A DNA stretch of 64,000 nucleotides from Octopus sinensis (Eukaryota): assembly GCF_006345805.1 (NCBI RefSeq), contig NC_043001.1, positions 74,090,001 to 74,154,000 on the forward strand, read 5' to 3'. Under the pieces are notes generated by a model. That model was not told the DNA's origin, did no database searches, and worked only from the letters and a program-made list of their open reading frames with translations. This document shows, piece by piece, positions 49,430-61,810 of the stretch (position 1 is its first letter; the number at the start of each line of letters is the position of its first letter). The position numbers were made by a program, and so were the translations under genes.

Positions 49430-50668
49430 AATGCAGAGAACAACTTCCGCCACATTCCAGGCAGAAAAACTAGAAGTAGTTGATAGCTTCCATTACCTAG
49501 GTGACCAAGTCAGTAGTTGGGGAGGGTGCTCTGAAAGTGTAGCTGCTAGAATAAGAATAGCTTGGGCAAAGTTCAGAGAGCTCTTACCCCTGCTGGTGAC
49601 AAAGGGCCTCTCGCTCAGAGTAAAAGGTAGACGGATGTGTACGAACAGCCATGCTACATGGTAGTGAAACATGGGCTGTGACTGCTGAGGACATGTGTAA
49701 GTTCGCAAGGAATGAAGCCAGTCTGATCCGATGGATGTGTAATGTCAGTGTGCATACTCAACAGAGTGTAAGTACCTTGAGAGAAAAGTTGGACCTCGGA
49801 AGCATCAGATGTGGTGTGCAAGAGAGACGACTGTGCTGGTATGGTCATGTAGTGAGAATGGATGAGGATAGCTGGGTGAAAAAGTGCTACACCCTAGCAG
49901 TTGAGGGAACCTGTAGAAGAGGTAGACCCAGGAAGACCTGGGATGAAGTGGTGAAGCATGACCTTCAAACTTTAGGCCTCACCAAGGAAATGACTAGTGA
50001 CCGAGACCTTTGGAAATATGCTGTGCTTGAGAAGACTCGGCAAGCCAAATGAGACCGTAACTTCATTTGCCTGTGCCAGGGGTGTAACCAGCCCACCTGT
50101 GTGTACCTTTTCCTTCTTTGGACACTAATCTCTGCTTGTAAAGACCTGCTGAGGCAAGTGGAAATCAGAACCGAAATCAAAATCAAAGTGAAATTTGATG
50201 ATGGGCACAAGCACCATACGAGCATGATCGTTGCCAGCCTCGCATTACTGGCACTTGTGCCCTGTGCTAGTAGGGTGCTAAGAGCACCATCTGAGCATGA
50301 TTGCTGCCAAAGCAGCTAACTGGCTTCTGTGCCAGTTGCATGTAGGAGGCACCATTCGAGTGGGATCGTTACCAGCATTGCCTTACTGGCAACTGTGCCG
50401 TTGGCATATGTAAAAAATTCGAGCGAGGTCGTCGCCAGTACTGCCTGACTGGCCCATGTATTAAAATTTGAGCGAGGTCATTGTCAGTACCGCCTGACTG
50501 TCCCCCGTGCCGGTGGCACGTAAAAGCACTCACTACACTCTCGGAATGGTTGGCGTTAGGAAGGGCATCCAGCTGTAGAAACTCTGCCAGATCATGGCTT
50601 GGTACAGCCATCTGGTTTGCCAGCCCACAGTGAAGCGGATGTTAAACAACAATGATGATGATGATGAT
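49430..50668 (+). mobile_element. 5'-truncated RTE LINE, same family as 24302-26921
   Basis: EKLEVVDSFHYLGDQVSS, MLHGSETWAVTAED..RRGRPRKTWDEVVKHDL. Variant 3' UTR, (GAT)n tail and (TA)n flanks. Confidence 0.93.
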
Positions 50669-51199
50669 ATATATCTTTGATTTGTTGAGGCAAAATTTCT
50701 ATAGCTGGATGCTCTTCTTGTCATCAGTCTTCACCCATTTCAAAGTATGGTAATATTTTCCCATAGTCAGACATGTTTTTCATAAAAGGCTGCAAACAAA
50801 CAACCAACCTTGCTTGTGTGACAATGATGCTCATTTACAACTATCAGGCAATGTCTAAACAAGGACACACATGCACACACACTCACACACACACACATAC
50901 ACCCGCAAACACAGAGAAAGTGAGATAAGAGATAAGTTTAATGTAATTCAAATAAATAATTAGCTTCACAATTTATACAGAATCAATTACAGTTTTTATA
51001 AAGTTTAAATGATCCAAAACAGGTCACCTTGATAGCTGGGTTATTAACCACACTAAATATTTACATTATAAGATAGTAAATAAATTATCCAACTTCCACA
51101 TTTCACTAAGAATTTAATAATGAATGCTTTAGAACAGGGTTGTCAAGCATACCACCTTTGGTGATGTTTAGTCAAGTTCACGGCTCAATTTAATTCATC

Positions 51200-52081
51200 A
51201 TATCATCATCATTTAACATCTGCTTTCCATACTAACATGGGCTGATTGAATGACTGAGGGCTGGCGAACCAGATGGCTGCACCAGGCTTCAATCCTGATC
51301 TGGCAGAGTTTCTAAAGCTGAATGCCCTACCTAATACTAACCACTCCGAGAGTGTAGTGGGTGCTTTTATGTGCCACCGGCACGGGCCAGTCAGGCGGTA
51401 CTGGTAACGACCTCGCTTGAATCGTTTACACATGCCACCAGCACAGGTGCCAGTAAGGCGATGCTGGTAACGATCTGCTGTGCTTACCTTGGATTGCAGG
51501 GTAACCTGCTGTGCTTGAGGAGACTTATTGAGTCAAGTACATCAATATCAAAATAAATATCAAATGGAAATTGTAGTTATGATACCTGTGCTGGCGGCAC
51601 GTAAAAAGCACCATTCGAACGTGGCACGTAAAAATCATCATTTGAACATGGCCGATGCCAGCACTATCTTGACTGGATTCTGTGCCGGTGGCACATGACC
51701 TGCTGTGCTTGAGGAGACCTATTGAGTCAAGTACATCAACATCAAAATAAATATCAAATGGAAATAGTAGTTGTGATACCTGTGCTGGTGGCACGTAAAA
51801 AGCACCATCCTAATGTGGCCGATGCCAGCGCTGCCTTGACTGGCTTCTGTGCCAGTGGCATGTAAAAAGCACCAACTGATCGTGGCCGCTGCCAGCCTCC
51901 CCTGGCACCTGTGCCGGTGGCATGTAAAAAGCACCCACTACGCTCACAGAGTGGTTGGCGTTAGGAAGGGCATCCAGCTGTCAGATCAGACTGGAGCCTG
52001 GTGCAGCCTCCTGGCTTCCCAGACCCTGGTCGAACTGTCCAACCCATGCTAGCACAGAAAATGATGATGATGATGATGATG

Positions 52082-52084
<3 letters not shown>
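51200..52084. mobile_element. Two RTE 3' UTR fragments back to back (minus 51200-51478, plus 51503-52084 with an internal ~193 bp duplication)
   Basis: Shared AAAAGCACCCACTAC..TTAGGAAGGGCATCCAGC motifs in opposite orientation. ACCTGCTGTGCTTGAGGAGAC(T/C)TATTGAGTCAAGTACATC occurs at about 51504 and 51697. Confidence 0.85.
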
Positions 52085-52113
<29 letters not shown>

Positions 52114-52337
52114 AAACAAGTCAAGATAGAAAATGCTAAAATAATTTTATAAAGAACATTTCAGTACTGGTTTCAGTCATTTGAGACCTTTTCAACTGTA
52201 ACGATAAAATAATTAAATTTAGAAAAATTAAAAGAAAAGTTTTTTAAAAGAATATTTGCATAGTGTTCAAATATAAGTGCCGTTTTCCTTGTTTCTGCCT
52301 TTCTCTGTCTCTCTTGTTTACACTTGTGGGTTCGAGG

Positions 52338-52378
<41 letters not shown>

Positions 52379-52514
52379 CACGCACATATATATATGCATG
52401 TATAAATGTAATGTGAGATAATAGTTTCACTATGTATATATTATATACATAGTGAAAGTATTGATAGTGAAAGTATTAAAACTGAAACTATTATCTCACA
52501 TTAAAATAGAGATG

Positions 52515-52718
52515 TTATTGTTTCACTTTTGATACGTAATACTGAAACAGTCTAGGCAAGAAGTTGAAACTTTTTTTGGCCCATGAGTCTCCATGGACCC
52601 TAAGTAGTGTATGTTTAAAATTTGAATGAAATTGGTTGAGTAGTTCTTGAGTTTTTGCGATGTATACATACAGACAGACAGACGGACAGACACACATTCT
52701 CAGTTTTATATATATAGA
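52515..52718 (-). mobile_element. Helitron 5' fragment
   Basis: Minus strand A | TCTATATATATAAAACTGAGAATGTGTGTCTGTCCGTCTGTCTG, the same style of 5' end as 46394. Confidence 0.6.
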
Positions 52719-52721
52719 TAA

Positions 52722-52965
52722 GAGGTATCAGATGTAGTGTTGAAGAGAGAAGACTGTGCTGGTATGGCCATATGATGTATGTGGATAAGCATAGCTACAT
52801 AAAGAGGTGCTAATGTGAATGGAATCTGTGGAAGAGAAAGATTCTGGATGACATGGAATGAAGTGGTGAAAAATGACCTTCAGATATTGATCCTCACAGA
52901 GGACATGGCAAAGGACTGAGATGATTGGTGATTTGCTGTGCTTGAGAAGACCTGTTCATCTTAGT
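52722..52965 (+). mobile_element. Old RTE LINE fragment
   Basis: ERRLCWYGHMM..TWNEVVKNDLQIL..FAVLEKT, homologous to the RTE C-terminus. Confidence 0.75.
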
Positions 52966-54659
52966 AAAAATTAGGCACAAAAGGCATGGCATTTATTCCT
53001 ATGCCTCTGCATACAATCTATTTCTGACAAATCTTTCCCCTTCAACTCATATTTCTAATACATCCCTCCCTCCACTTGTATTGACCACTCACTGCATTCC
53101 CCTCCTCTCTACCTATCACTCTCCTTTTATGCTCTTGTCAAGTTACCTGATGAATCCCTGCCCAACAACATATTTTTCAACTACCCCATTCCTCCCACAA
53201 TGTTTACTCACTGCTTCCTTTTCCTCCAACTCCTACTCTCTTTTCATTATTCCCATAAACTCACTATCCACTGCTCTGTACCACTTCCCTCTTTGCCAAC
53301 TTCTCTTTCTCATTCTCTTCTCTCCTTTTTTCAACTGGGGTAGCCATATATCTCACCCACAGCAAAGACACTTGTTTCTGTCCCTCAATTTTACTTTAAC
53401 CTCTTCTCCCCTGGCACAGAGCCACCTCCCTCTATATTATCTTATTTGAGAGGTCTTTGTTCTAAGAGTTACTTGGTGATCTCATTGGTGCTGGTACCAA
53501 GTAAAAAGCACCCAGGACTTTATGTAAAGTGGTTGGCATTAGGAAGTGCATCCAGCCATAGAAACCATGCCAAAGAAGACAAAAGATGCAGTCCTCTGCT
53601 TTATCAGTTCCTCTCAAACTGTATGTATACACATATTTTGTAGACGAGTTTTATTTTGCAAATCCCTGCACGCAAATATCTCATATTCTTACCTTTTATC
53701 GTTGTTATAAATTTATTATGTATATTGACCCCTTTAGCCATTAAGGGTATCCAGCATTATAAATAGAGTTTTTAGGAATAATTGTCCTTATCTGGCCCAC
53801 AAATGCAAGAGTTACACAGTCCAATCTTAAATTGTATTGTACAGAACCTCTGTAACATTTAATCCCCTTTTATCAAAATCCTTTAGCATTATCTCTGCTA
53901 TGACTAGATAATCTCATCATTCAAAAGTCTTAAGTCTATCAATTTCTTTGGGAATCTTTGGACTACAAACGCCCTGTTTCTGAGATCAGCTGGGGTTAAA
54001 ATAGAATTGAAACTAATCCTTCATTAGTGGAGTAGCATGAAAATGAGTACCAGTAATACACTGTAGAAGCGATTTATCCAGCATAATCTCATTAGGATCA
54101 GTGGAGTTAATAATTAATGAAGTGTTGTGGTATGCATCAAGTTATTTTATTTTTGGGGACTGTTTCTATCTCATCGTATGATTGTAATTAATTAATAATA
54201 AAGAGAACGGGGATGAGGAGTGGGTGATGGTGCGGTAGAATTACACTTCGTCCAGACTTTGTGTTATTGAGTCCTATTTTTAAGAAAGATAACGTTTCAT
54301 TCTATTATTTGCCTTGGGGTCGAGTCGAGAGACTATTATCAAATTTACGAGAGGACCGACAGAAAAAAGCATCTGTGACAGAAGAGTAGACGTCTAATAA
54401 ACAAACACAATTTGGCATTCTTTACATTTTTGGAATAGATTATTTTTTTTTAAAGTTCTCTACACGTTACCTCATGAATGTTTGTAAATATTATGAGGTT
54501 AGAGCACGAAAGTTAAATAAATTAATGATATAAAATAATAATAGGAATTCATTTTATATGGTATGTGTAAGGCTTTTGAGCCCGTTTACATGATATAATC
54601 AGCTTTATTTTTGGTTATTTTGTTTAAGATTCTTTCTTCTATTTATTTTCGCTGACATC

Positions 54660-54930
54660 GTCTGTTCACTTGACGTCTACCACAAAGGCGCTGGTCTGAT
54701 ACGCGGGTATAATCTCATTTAGTGTTGTACATCAGGCAAATAACCGCAGACGAATGTGTTGCTGTCTGTGCAAGGTGTCTGTGACGTGGGGGGATTCTCA
54801 CACGTCTTGACATCTTTTTTCTTTGGGTCCCCCCACACCAACTAACTAACAAGCAACAATAACAACCCTTTCATTTTTGTTCCGTTTACTCCGCCTCTTC
54901 CAAACCCTTCCCCTTTCTCCTCTTCACAAA
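54660..54930 (+). promoter_or_regulatory. Probable OAF promoter / 5' UTR
   Basis: Repeat-free, relatively CpG-rich stretch directly upstream of the ATG, with TGACGTCT (54671) and TGACGTGG (54782) bZIP-type sites. Confidence 0.35.
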
Positions 54931-55155
54931 ATGATCTTCAAAAAGAAGAAGAAATACGAACAGCTTTGTGTAGTACTCGGAGTATTGTTGGTGTCGTTGT
55001 CGATCGTGGCGAGTGAATTGGTGGTGAATGTGAAGAACAAAGGAGGTGATGTCCAGGTCGAATCAATTGATGCTGATACTGCTGCAAATACTATATCAAT
55101 GTATTTCGTAAAGATAGACGGAACCCATATATATCAGTTCATAGACTTCAAATCG
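54931..55155 (+). CDS. OAF: Out at first protein homolog, first coding exon (remaining exons not identified in the window)
   Basis: AAA-ATG start. Signal peptide (KKKKK..LCVVLGVLLVSLSIVAS) then ELVVNVKNKGGDVQVESIDADTAANTISMYFVKIDGTHIYQFIDFKS, matching the OAF N-terminal pattern (LxVxV..G.V..ES..AD...D.I.L....DGT......DFK). Perfect donor GTAAGT at 55156, phase 0. Confidence 0.88.
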
Positions 55156-55473
55156 GTAAGTGGTCCAGATTTCTTTCTTCATCTTTGCCCTGCTAAACCC
55201 CTGGCTCTCCTCACTTCCCCTCTTTGTTTGTCTTTAAAATAATGAAGCTTCAAATGAGCCGGATAGAAGGAAGGTTGCTTATTACCTATCCACGGAATTA
55301 GACACTTGTCTCTCCCATTCTTTCTCTCTCTTTCTTTTTTTTCTTTTCGGTAATTCTAAGGAAAACAGCCCTTGTATCATTTCCTTTTTTACTTACACAC
55401 ATCAACAGCCCCCATCAATAGACATGGTAACATCAGTTTCATTCTGCTACCACGGATCCGCTTTAATTATTTT

Positions 55474-55541
<68 letters not shown>

Positions 55542-55663
55542 TACGTGTGTGTGTGTATAATATATCGCCGTGTGTCTTAAAATTACAACGGATGTATAAA
55601 CATTGTTTACGTTCTTGTATATATATGTGTGTGTGTAGTAAATCGTTTTGGTGTTTTGAAATT

Positions 55664-55707
<44 letters not shown>

Positions 55708-56867
55708 AATATGTGTTTGTATATATAAATATAATATATAGCCTATTCAGCGAAATTTAAGCCTTCATTATTGTCTTTTTTCATTTTGAATAACCTGAAT
55801 GAAGTAACGAAAACACAGCTATACATACACACATTAATTATATACTCAGTGTGCAGCTTACACTGAGGGGAGACTAGTTTTATGAGGTGCCACAGATAGA
55901 GATAACAATAAACTTGCACATTGTGTGACATGACCCCTCCATCGGTAACGTATAAAGGAGTGTCCTGTGTGTTTAGAACGACAAAAAGACTAAAGATATC
56001 TTGTAAAAGTTACACCAGGCTATTTATTACTACCCTCACTGCGAGCTGCAACATTCCAGTGTACAGTATAGAATACACGCGCACATACATACACACACGT
56101 ATGTGTGTGTGTGTATAGAAGTTTGCTTCCCAACCATGTGGTCGGTCTTTAGTTCAGTCCTACTGCTCAGGACCTTGGGCATATTTATTCTACTATAGCC
56201 CCGGGCTGACCAGTGGCTTGTGAGTGGAACTGAAAGACGTCCGAATATATGTATATATATATATACATATATTCGGTGTCGGTTTGTGTGCGTTGTGGTA
56301 ACGTAGTGGTTCAGTCAAAAGAGACCAATAGTATAAGTAGCAGGCTTGTTTTGTTTGACTAAAACCTTTAATGTGGTGCCCCAACATAGACGCAGTCCAA
56401 TGACTGAAACAAGTGAAAGACATATGTATATATATATCTGTGTGTATGTGTGTGTGTGTGTGTGTGCGCGTAGCCAAATTGTTAAAGGCAACTTGTACCT
56501 ATGAATTAGGGATAAATTCACATAGTTCGGTTTGATAAACATGTTTTCAGTATTGCTGTATAAATAGACTTTGTGGTTCTCCTCTCTCTGCAAGATGAAC
56601 CTGTAAACAGCTCGACTAGTTTTGCTTTGTTATTAATGCCAGTCGAAACAGGCCTTGATTTTACTGATTCAGACATCAGTACATTCGTTGATATGTGAGT
56701 GTCATTGTGACTATATATGCGTATCCATGTATGTATGTATGTATACATACACACACACACACACACACACATACATATATATAAAACAATAGATGTGGCT
56801 GGTCTGTGAGGTTACTCTGGGTTTCACATCCACAAAGCGCTTAGCTTTACAGCATTTCTTTATAGGG

Positions 56868-56960
56868 TCTGAAGAAACCCTCTTATCTTTATACTCTACC
56901 ACTCTATAACTTTATACTGAAGAAACCCTCTTATCTTTATACTCTACCACTCTATAACTT
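56868..56960. repeat. Short tandem duplication (about 44 bp unit, 48 bp period)
   Basis: CTGAAGAAACCCTCTTATCTTTATACTCTACCACTCTATAACTT occurs twice. Confidence 0.9.
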
Positions 56961-56999
56961 AGAGTGTGCTTCTTTTTCGGATTTATGATCTACTGGCGA

Positions 57000-57030
<31 letters not shown>

Positions 57031-57039
57031 TTATAACAG

Positions 57040-57097
57040 ATCCATATTACATACATACAAACATATATATATATGTTTGTATGTATGTAATATGGAT
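57040..57097. repeat. Perfect 58 bp palindrome
   Basis: ATCCATATTACATACATACAAACATATAT|ATATATGTTTGTATGTATGTAATATGGAT. Confidence 0.95.
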
Positions 57098-57294
57098 GTT
57101 ATAGATATATATAATATATATATATATATGTGTGTGTGTGTATAGGTATATTATGATTTCACTTAGGCATATCAATACTAATGTTGGAGCATTGGAGATC
57201 AAAGCACACATAAAGCTATAAGAATTATTTCATGTACTTTTGAAAGTTTCTAAAATTTTCATGACATCAGCAACACACACATACACACACCATT

Positions 57295-57675
57295 TTTATC
57301 TTTTACTTGTTTCAGTCATTGTATTGCAGCCATGCTGGGGCACCACCTTGAAGGATTTTAGTCAGCCAAATCAACCCTACTATTTAACATTTTTAAGTTG
57401 TATTTATTTTACCAGTCTGTTTTGGGGATGTAGACAGACTGACATTGGCTGTCTGGTGGTAGTGGGGGACAAATTCTCGCACTCACTTGCATAAATATGT
57501 ATATGTGTATATATGATGGACTCCTTTCAGTTTCCATCTACCAAATCATCTCACAAGGTTTTGATTGGCCTGGGTCTATAGTAAAAGACATGCCCAAGAT
57601 GCCACCCAGTGTTACTGAACCTGGAACCATGTAGTTGGGAGGCTGGTTTGGACCACACAGTCATGCCTCTGCCTA
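57295..57675 (-). mobile_element. SINE family B copy
   Basis: TTTCAGTCATTGTATTGCAGCCATGCTGGGGCACCACC tail through the GACCACACAGTCATGCCT head. Confidence 0.8.
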
Positions 57676-57921
57676 TATGTATACTTAATTTAAAGACAAG
57701 AACATACTGATCATTAAACTTGAATTGTTTCCTTTTATTTAATTGTGATTCAAACCACATATGAAGAGAAAGAGAATTTTTTCTCTTAAATACTTTAAGT
57801 CAAATACAAAAATATTTAATTAGTCTAATGTAATTATTGACTGCATCAATAATGATAGAGTAATCTAATTTAAGAACCTCTTACCTTTCAACATTCAGAT
57901 TTTTCTGTCAAATGTAAAAGA

Positions 57922-58240
57922 GTAAAGCCCCCTTTCAGTCATGAATGACCATGAGATTGCTCCTAGAAAGTTTATCTCCAAGGCACAAGTCCGGGAAAAG
58001 TTGTTTATGGAAGACCAGCAGTCTCCCATGCATACCAGCCTCCCCTCTCCATGCCACCAATGTTATCCAACGGAAAGGCAAAGGCCAATACAGCTTGGAG
58101 CCATTGATGTCGCAACTCATTTCTGCAGCTGAGTGAACTGGAGCAATGTGAAATAAAGTGTCTTATGCAAGAACACAACACACAGCCCGGTCCAGGAATT
58201 GAACTTACAGCCTCCTGATTGTGAGCTTGACACTGAGCCT
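57922..58240 (-). mobile_element. SINE family C, longer-tail form
   Basis: Shares CAGCTGAGTGAACTGGAGCAATGTGAAATAAAGTGTCTT..CAAGAACACAACAC..CCGGTCCAGGAATTGAA with 59870-60626 but has a different 3' part. Confidence 0.7.
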
Positions 58241-59374
58241 TAAAGCTTATCTATTCACATTTTTTCTAATTAATCATGCATTACTGCAAAGCTACATACT
58301 TGTGTGTGTATGTTATTGCCATGACTTCAAGTGATTTGCTGTAAACAAATGTCACCATCACACAAGTGTTGTCCTTTGTTTCCAATTTTTTGGGGAAATA
58401 TGTCAGGTCATGGAGAACATTATTTTGCTTGGAAATAGGTGAATGTTGGCAAGAGGAATGGCATCCAGTTGTAGAAAATCCACCTCAACAAATTCTGTCT
58501 GATCCATTCAAGCATGGAAAAATGAATGTTGAATTATGATGATGATGAGGATAATGATATGATTATCATTTCATGTTCATCATCGTTTAAATCTGCCTTC
58601 CATGCTAGTATGGGTTAGATGATTCATCATAGTCTGAGTTCTTATTTGGTGTTACTGCTCTCTTAGGTGGGTTGAAGAACCACTTTTCTCTTGTACATTC
58701 CATGTAGGCAAAGATCCCTACCACTGGATGCACTTCCTATCACTGACCTCATTACACAATTTAACCAGCACAGTCTATCATGATATGTGCCCAGTACATA
58801 TTATTGTGGAACCTGTACTAGAGAGGTGGGGAGGCCCTCTGTAAGACAAAAATTTTCTCAAACCTACACTTTTTTTTACTATTTGTTTGCTAACCACTTT
58901 ACAGAGTGTATAGGTGTATTTTATGGCAGCAGCTGAAATGAGGTTGTTATGTAAAATCTGCTGTTTAATGCAATATGCTCAAAAGGGTGAGTAGAAGAAC
59001 CTAGGTGAGAGGATAAAAGGAGAGAGAGTATGATGGGAGAGAGACAGAATGATTGAATTGAGAGAGTAATGGAAAAGAGATGATGATGCTTGTTTGCTGG
59101 TAAGGGAAGATAAAATGAATGATGGCTAGTAATAGAGTTGAGTGATACTAAAGAGAAAGCGATGGATGTGAATAATAAGTGTCCATAGGGAGAGGGGGTA
59201 ATGGGTTATAGTATAGAATTATATTTGTAGGGTATGATGAATATGGTCTGATCAGATGCACCCCGTTGTTACACAGGTTTAAATGGGAGTTAGATCTACT
59301 GCAGTCCCACATTAGGAGAATGACAATGAGTGCTAGATGAAATGGTATCAAGGAGGAAGGGAGCAGCAAATGGA

Positions 59375-59840
59375 AATTTTAAGAGAAATAAATGGCTTCA
59401 GAGATGCAAATGTAGGCATAATACATCCCTGCCTCCAGTTGAATGCTCATTTCTCTATTCTTTCACTGGTGGGTGGATTTTTTCCCATCACTGTGTGTCA
59501 TCAATCATCACAGTCTTTTGTTATCTATTTCCTGAGGTTCAGTTTTCTCAGATCAGTCTTCATCACCTCATCATATATCTTCCTAGGTTTTCCTTTTCTG
59601 CAGGTTCTCTCTGCTCAGCATGTCTTTGTACTTGACTCTTCTTTATATAAGCATCCTCTATGTGCAACACATATTCATACAAGTGTAGTATTTTCTCTTA
59701 AAACACCTTCATTTAATTCCTCTTGTATCAATGTTTATCTCAGTTCATTTGTCCTCTGTCATTCATGTACACTAACATACATCCAATTAGTCTTCACAGA
59801 CTTCAATATTTAAGGCCCACCTCTCACTTCCACGAAGCAT
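59375..59840 (-). mobile_element. Old RTE LINE fragment
   Basis: Reverse-complement homology to the RTE C-terminus (GKPRKIYDEVMKTDL..). Confidence 0.65.
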
Positions 59841-59864
59841 AGCATGTATAATAAATAAAATAAA

Positions 59865-60626
59865 TAAATGGGCCCTTTTAAAGCCTAGCCAGGCTCATGG
59901 GCCTGGTTTCCTGGTTTCAATGACATATGTGTTCCCCAGCTGGATGGGATGCCAGTCCATTGCAGCGTTACTCATTTTTGCCAGCTGAGTGGACTGGTGC
60001 AACGTGAAATGAAGTATTTTGCTCAAGAACACAACACATTGCCCGGTCCAGGAATTGAAACCACAATCTTACGATCATGATGCTGACACCCTGACCACTA
60101 AGCCATGCTCCTCCACTAAATAATAAATGTTCCTTCTCAAGCCATGCCAGGCTCATAAGGGCCGGTTTCAGTGGTGTAGAGATTCCCCACCTGGACAGGA
60201 CGCTGGTCCATCGCAGGAGTACTTATTTTTGCCAGCTGAGTGGACTGGAGCAATGTGAAATGAAGTGTTTTGCTCAAGAACACAATGCATTGCCCGGTCC
60301 AGGAATCAAAACTACAACCTTATGATCATGATGCTGACACCCTGACCACTAAGCCATGCTCCTCCACTAAATAATAAATGTTCCTTCTCAAGCCATGCCA
60401 GGTTCATAAGGGCCGGTTTCCCGGTTTCAGTGGTGTAGAGATTCCCCACCTGGACAGGACGCTGGTCCATCGCAGGAGTACTTATTTTTGCCAGCTGAGT
60501 GGACTGGAGCAATGTGAAATGAAGTGTTTTGCTCAAGAACACAATGCATTGCTCGGTCCAGGAATCAAAACTACAACCTTATGATCATGAGTTCGACACC
60601 CTAACCGCTAGGCCATGCACCTCCAC
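59865..60626 (-). mobile_element. Three tandem SINE family C copies (period about 250 bp)
   Basis: TTTTTGCCAGCTGAGTGGACTGG..GCTCAAGAACACAA occurs at about 59975, 60226 and 60486. Confidence 0.88.
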
Positions 60627-60639
60627 AGCATGTATAATA

Positions 60640-61810
60640 CAATCATCAAAAAGTTTGCCCTTTGCTTTGAGAAAGAAGATCTTTGTAATCATGAGAGTTA
60701 CATTTCGCTTAACTTCCTTCACTCTGTTTTTACCTTGCACCCACTCCCATTGTTAATTAGGTCACTTAAATAACCTACTAACCTATTAACTAACCTATTA
60801 ACTACTTCTAAAGGAAGCATCTGGGTATTTGAAAGAATCCACAATTTCCATGGACTTCCACTGCTTACTTTCCCTATGTGCCTATTACATATAAAATCTC
60901 TCCCTTCTCCATTTGTTTGCCACTTAACCCACTATACTTCTTGTGCATCCATGCTTTATATTGAATATACCACATTAAGTCTCTACTTATTCCTTTCCTG
61001 CATACAGAACATGGCCATTGCTGATGGTAGGAGAGTCCTGCTTTCATTCCTACTAACTAAAATTTTAGTTCTTTGTTATGTTCAATTTGAAGCCTCTTGG
61101 TTCTAGATTTGGCTTCTGTGTCTGGAACTTCTTCTTTAATGATGCACTTATAAGAACAAGGGCATCAGCGTATAGGAGTTCTATTGGACAACTGGTCTTG
61201 AATTTTTTTGGTTATGATCTGGAGGACTATGATTAACTCAAAAGGATGAAAACTGAGACCAGATGAATTCCAACTTGCATATTAAATTCATTGCTGAATT
61301 CATACTGACATTCATCTTGTTTATTGTACCTCTGTACAGAGCTTCTATGGTCCTCACAAGCCATTCATCTTACCTTGGTTTCCTTAGTGACCATCAGATA
61401 ATCAAGTGTCGAATCTTGTCAAAGGTTTCTTCAGGTTAGTGAATGCTGAAGGCACTTATTCCTAGCTAAGTACTTTTCTGTAGTTATCTCGCCAGGAAGA
61501 TGGCATTGGCAGCATCTCTTTCTGGTGCGAAACCAAATCTTATTTAAGCTAATTCTATTTCTAATCAATTGAACTTTTGAAATTCTTTCTATAATTTTTA
61601 TAACTTGGTCCAACAGTTTGATGTCTCTAGGTTTGCTTTTCTCTAATGTATCTTCTTCACCTTTGTAGCAGTTGACAATGATATTGCTACGTTATTCTTT
61701 AAGTTATGATACCTTTCTGTGCTACCTCACTGACTACGCAAGTAGGCTAGCCCATACTCTGTTGTGCCTGTAATTTTATGCATCTTAGCAGCTATCTTTG
61801 ATGACCTGAA
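60640..61810 (-). mobile_element. Old RTE LINE RT fragment
   Basis: LLDQVIKIIERI..LIRNRISL, EKYLARNK, ELLYADALVL and IVLQII on the minus strand. Heavily mutated. Confidence 0.75.
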
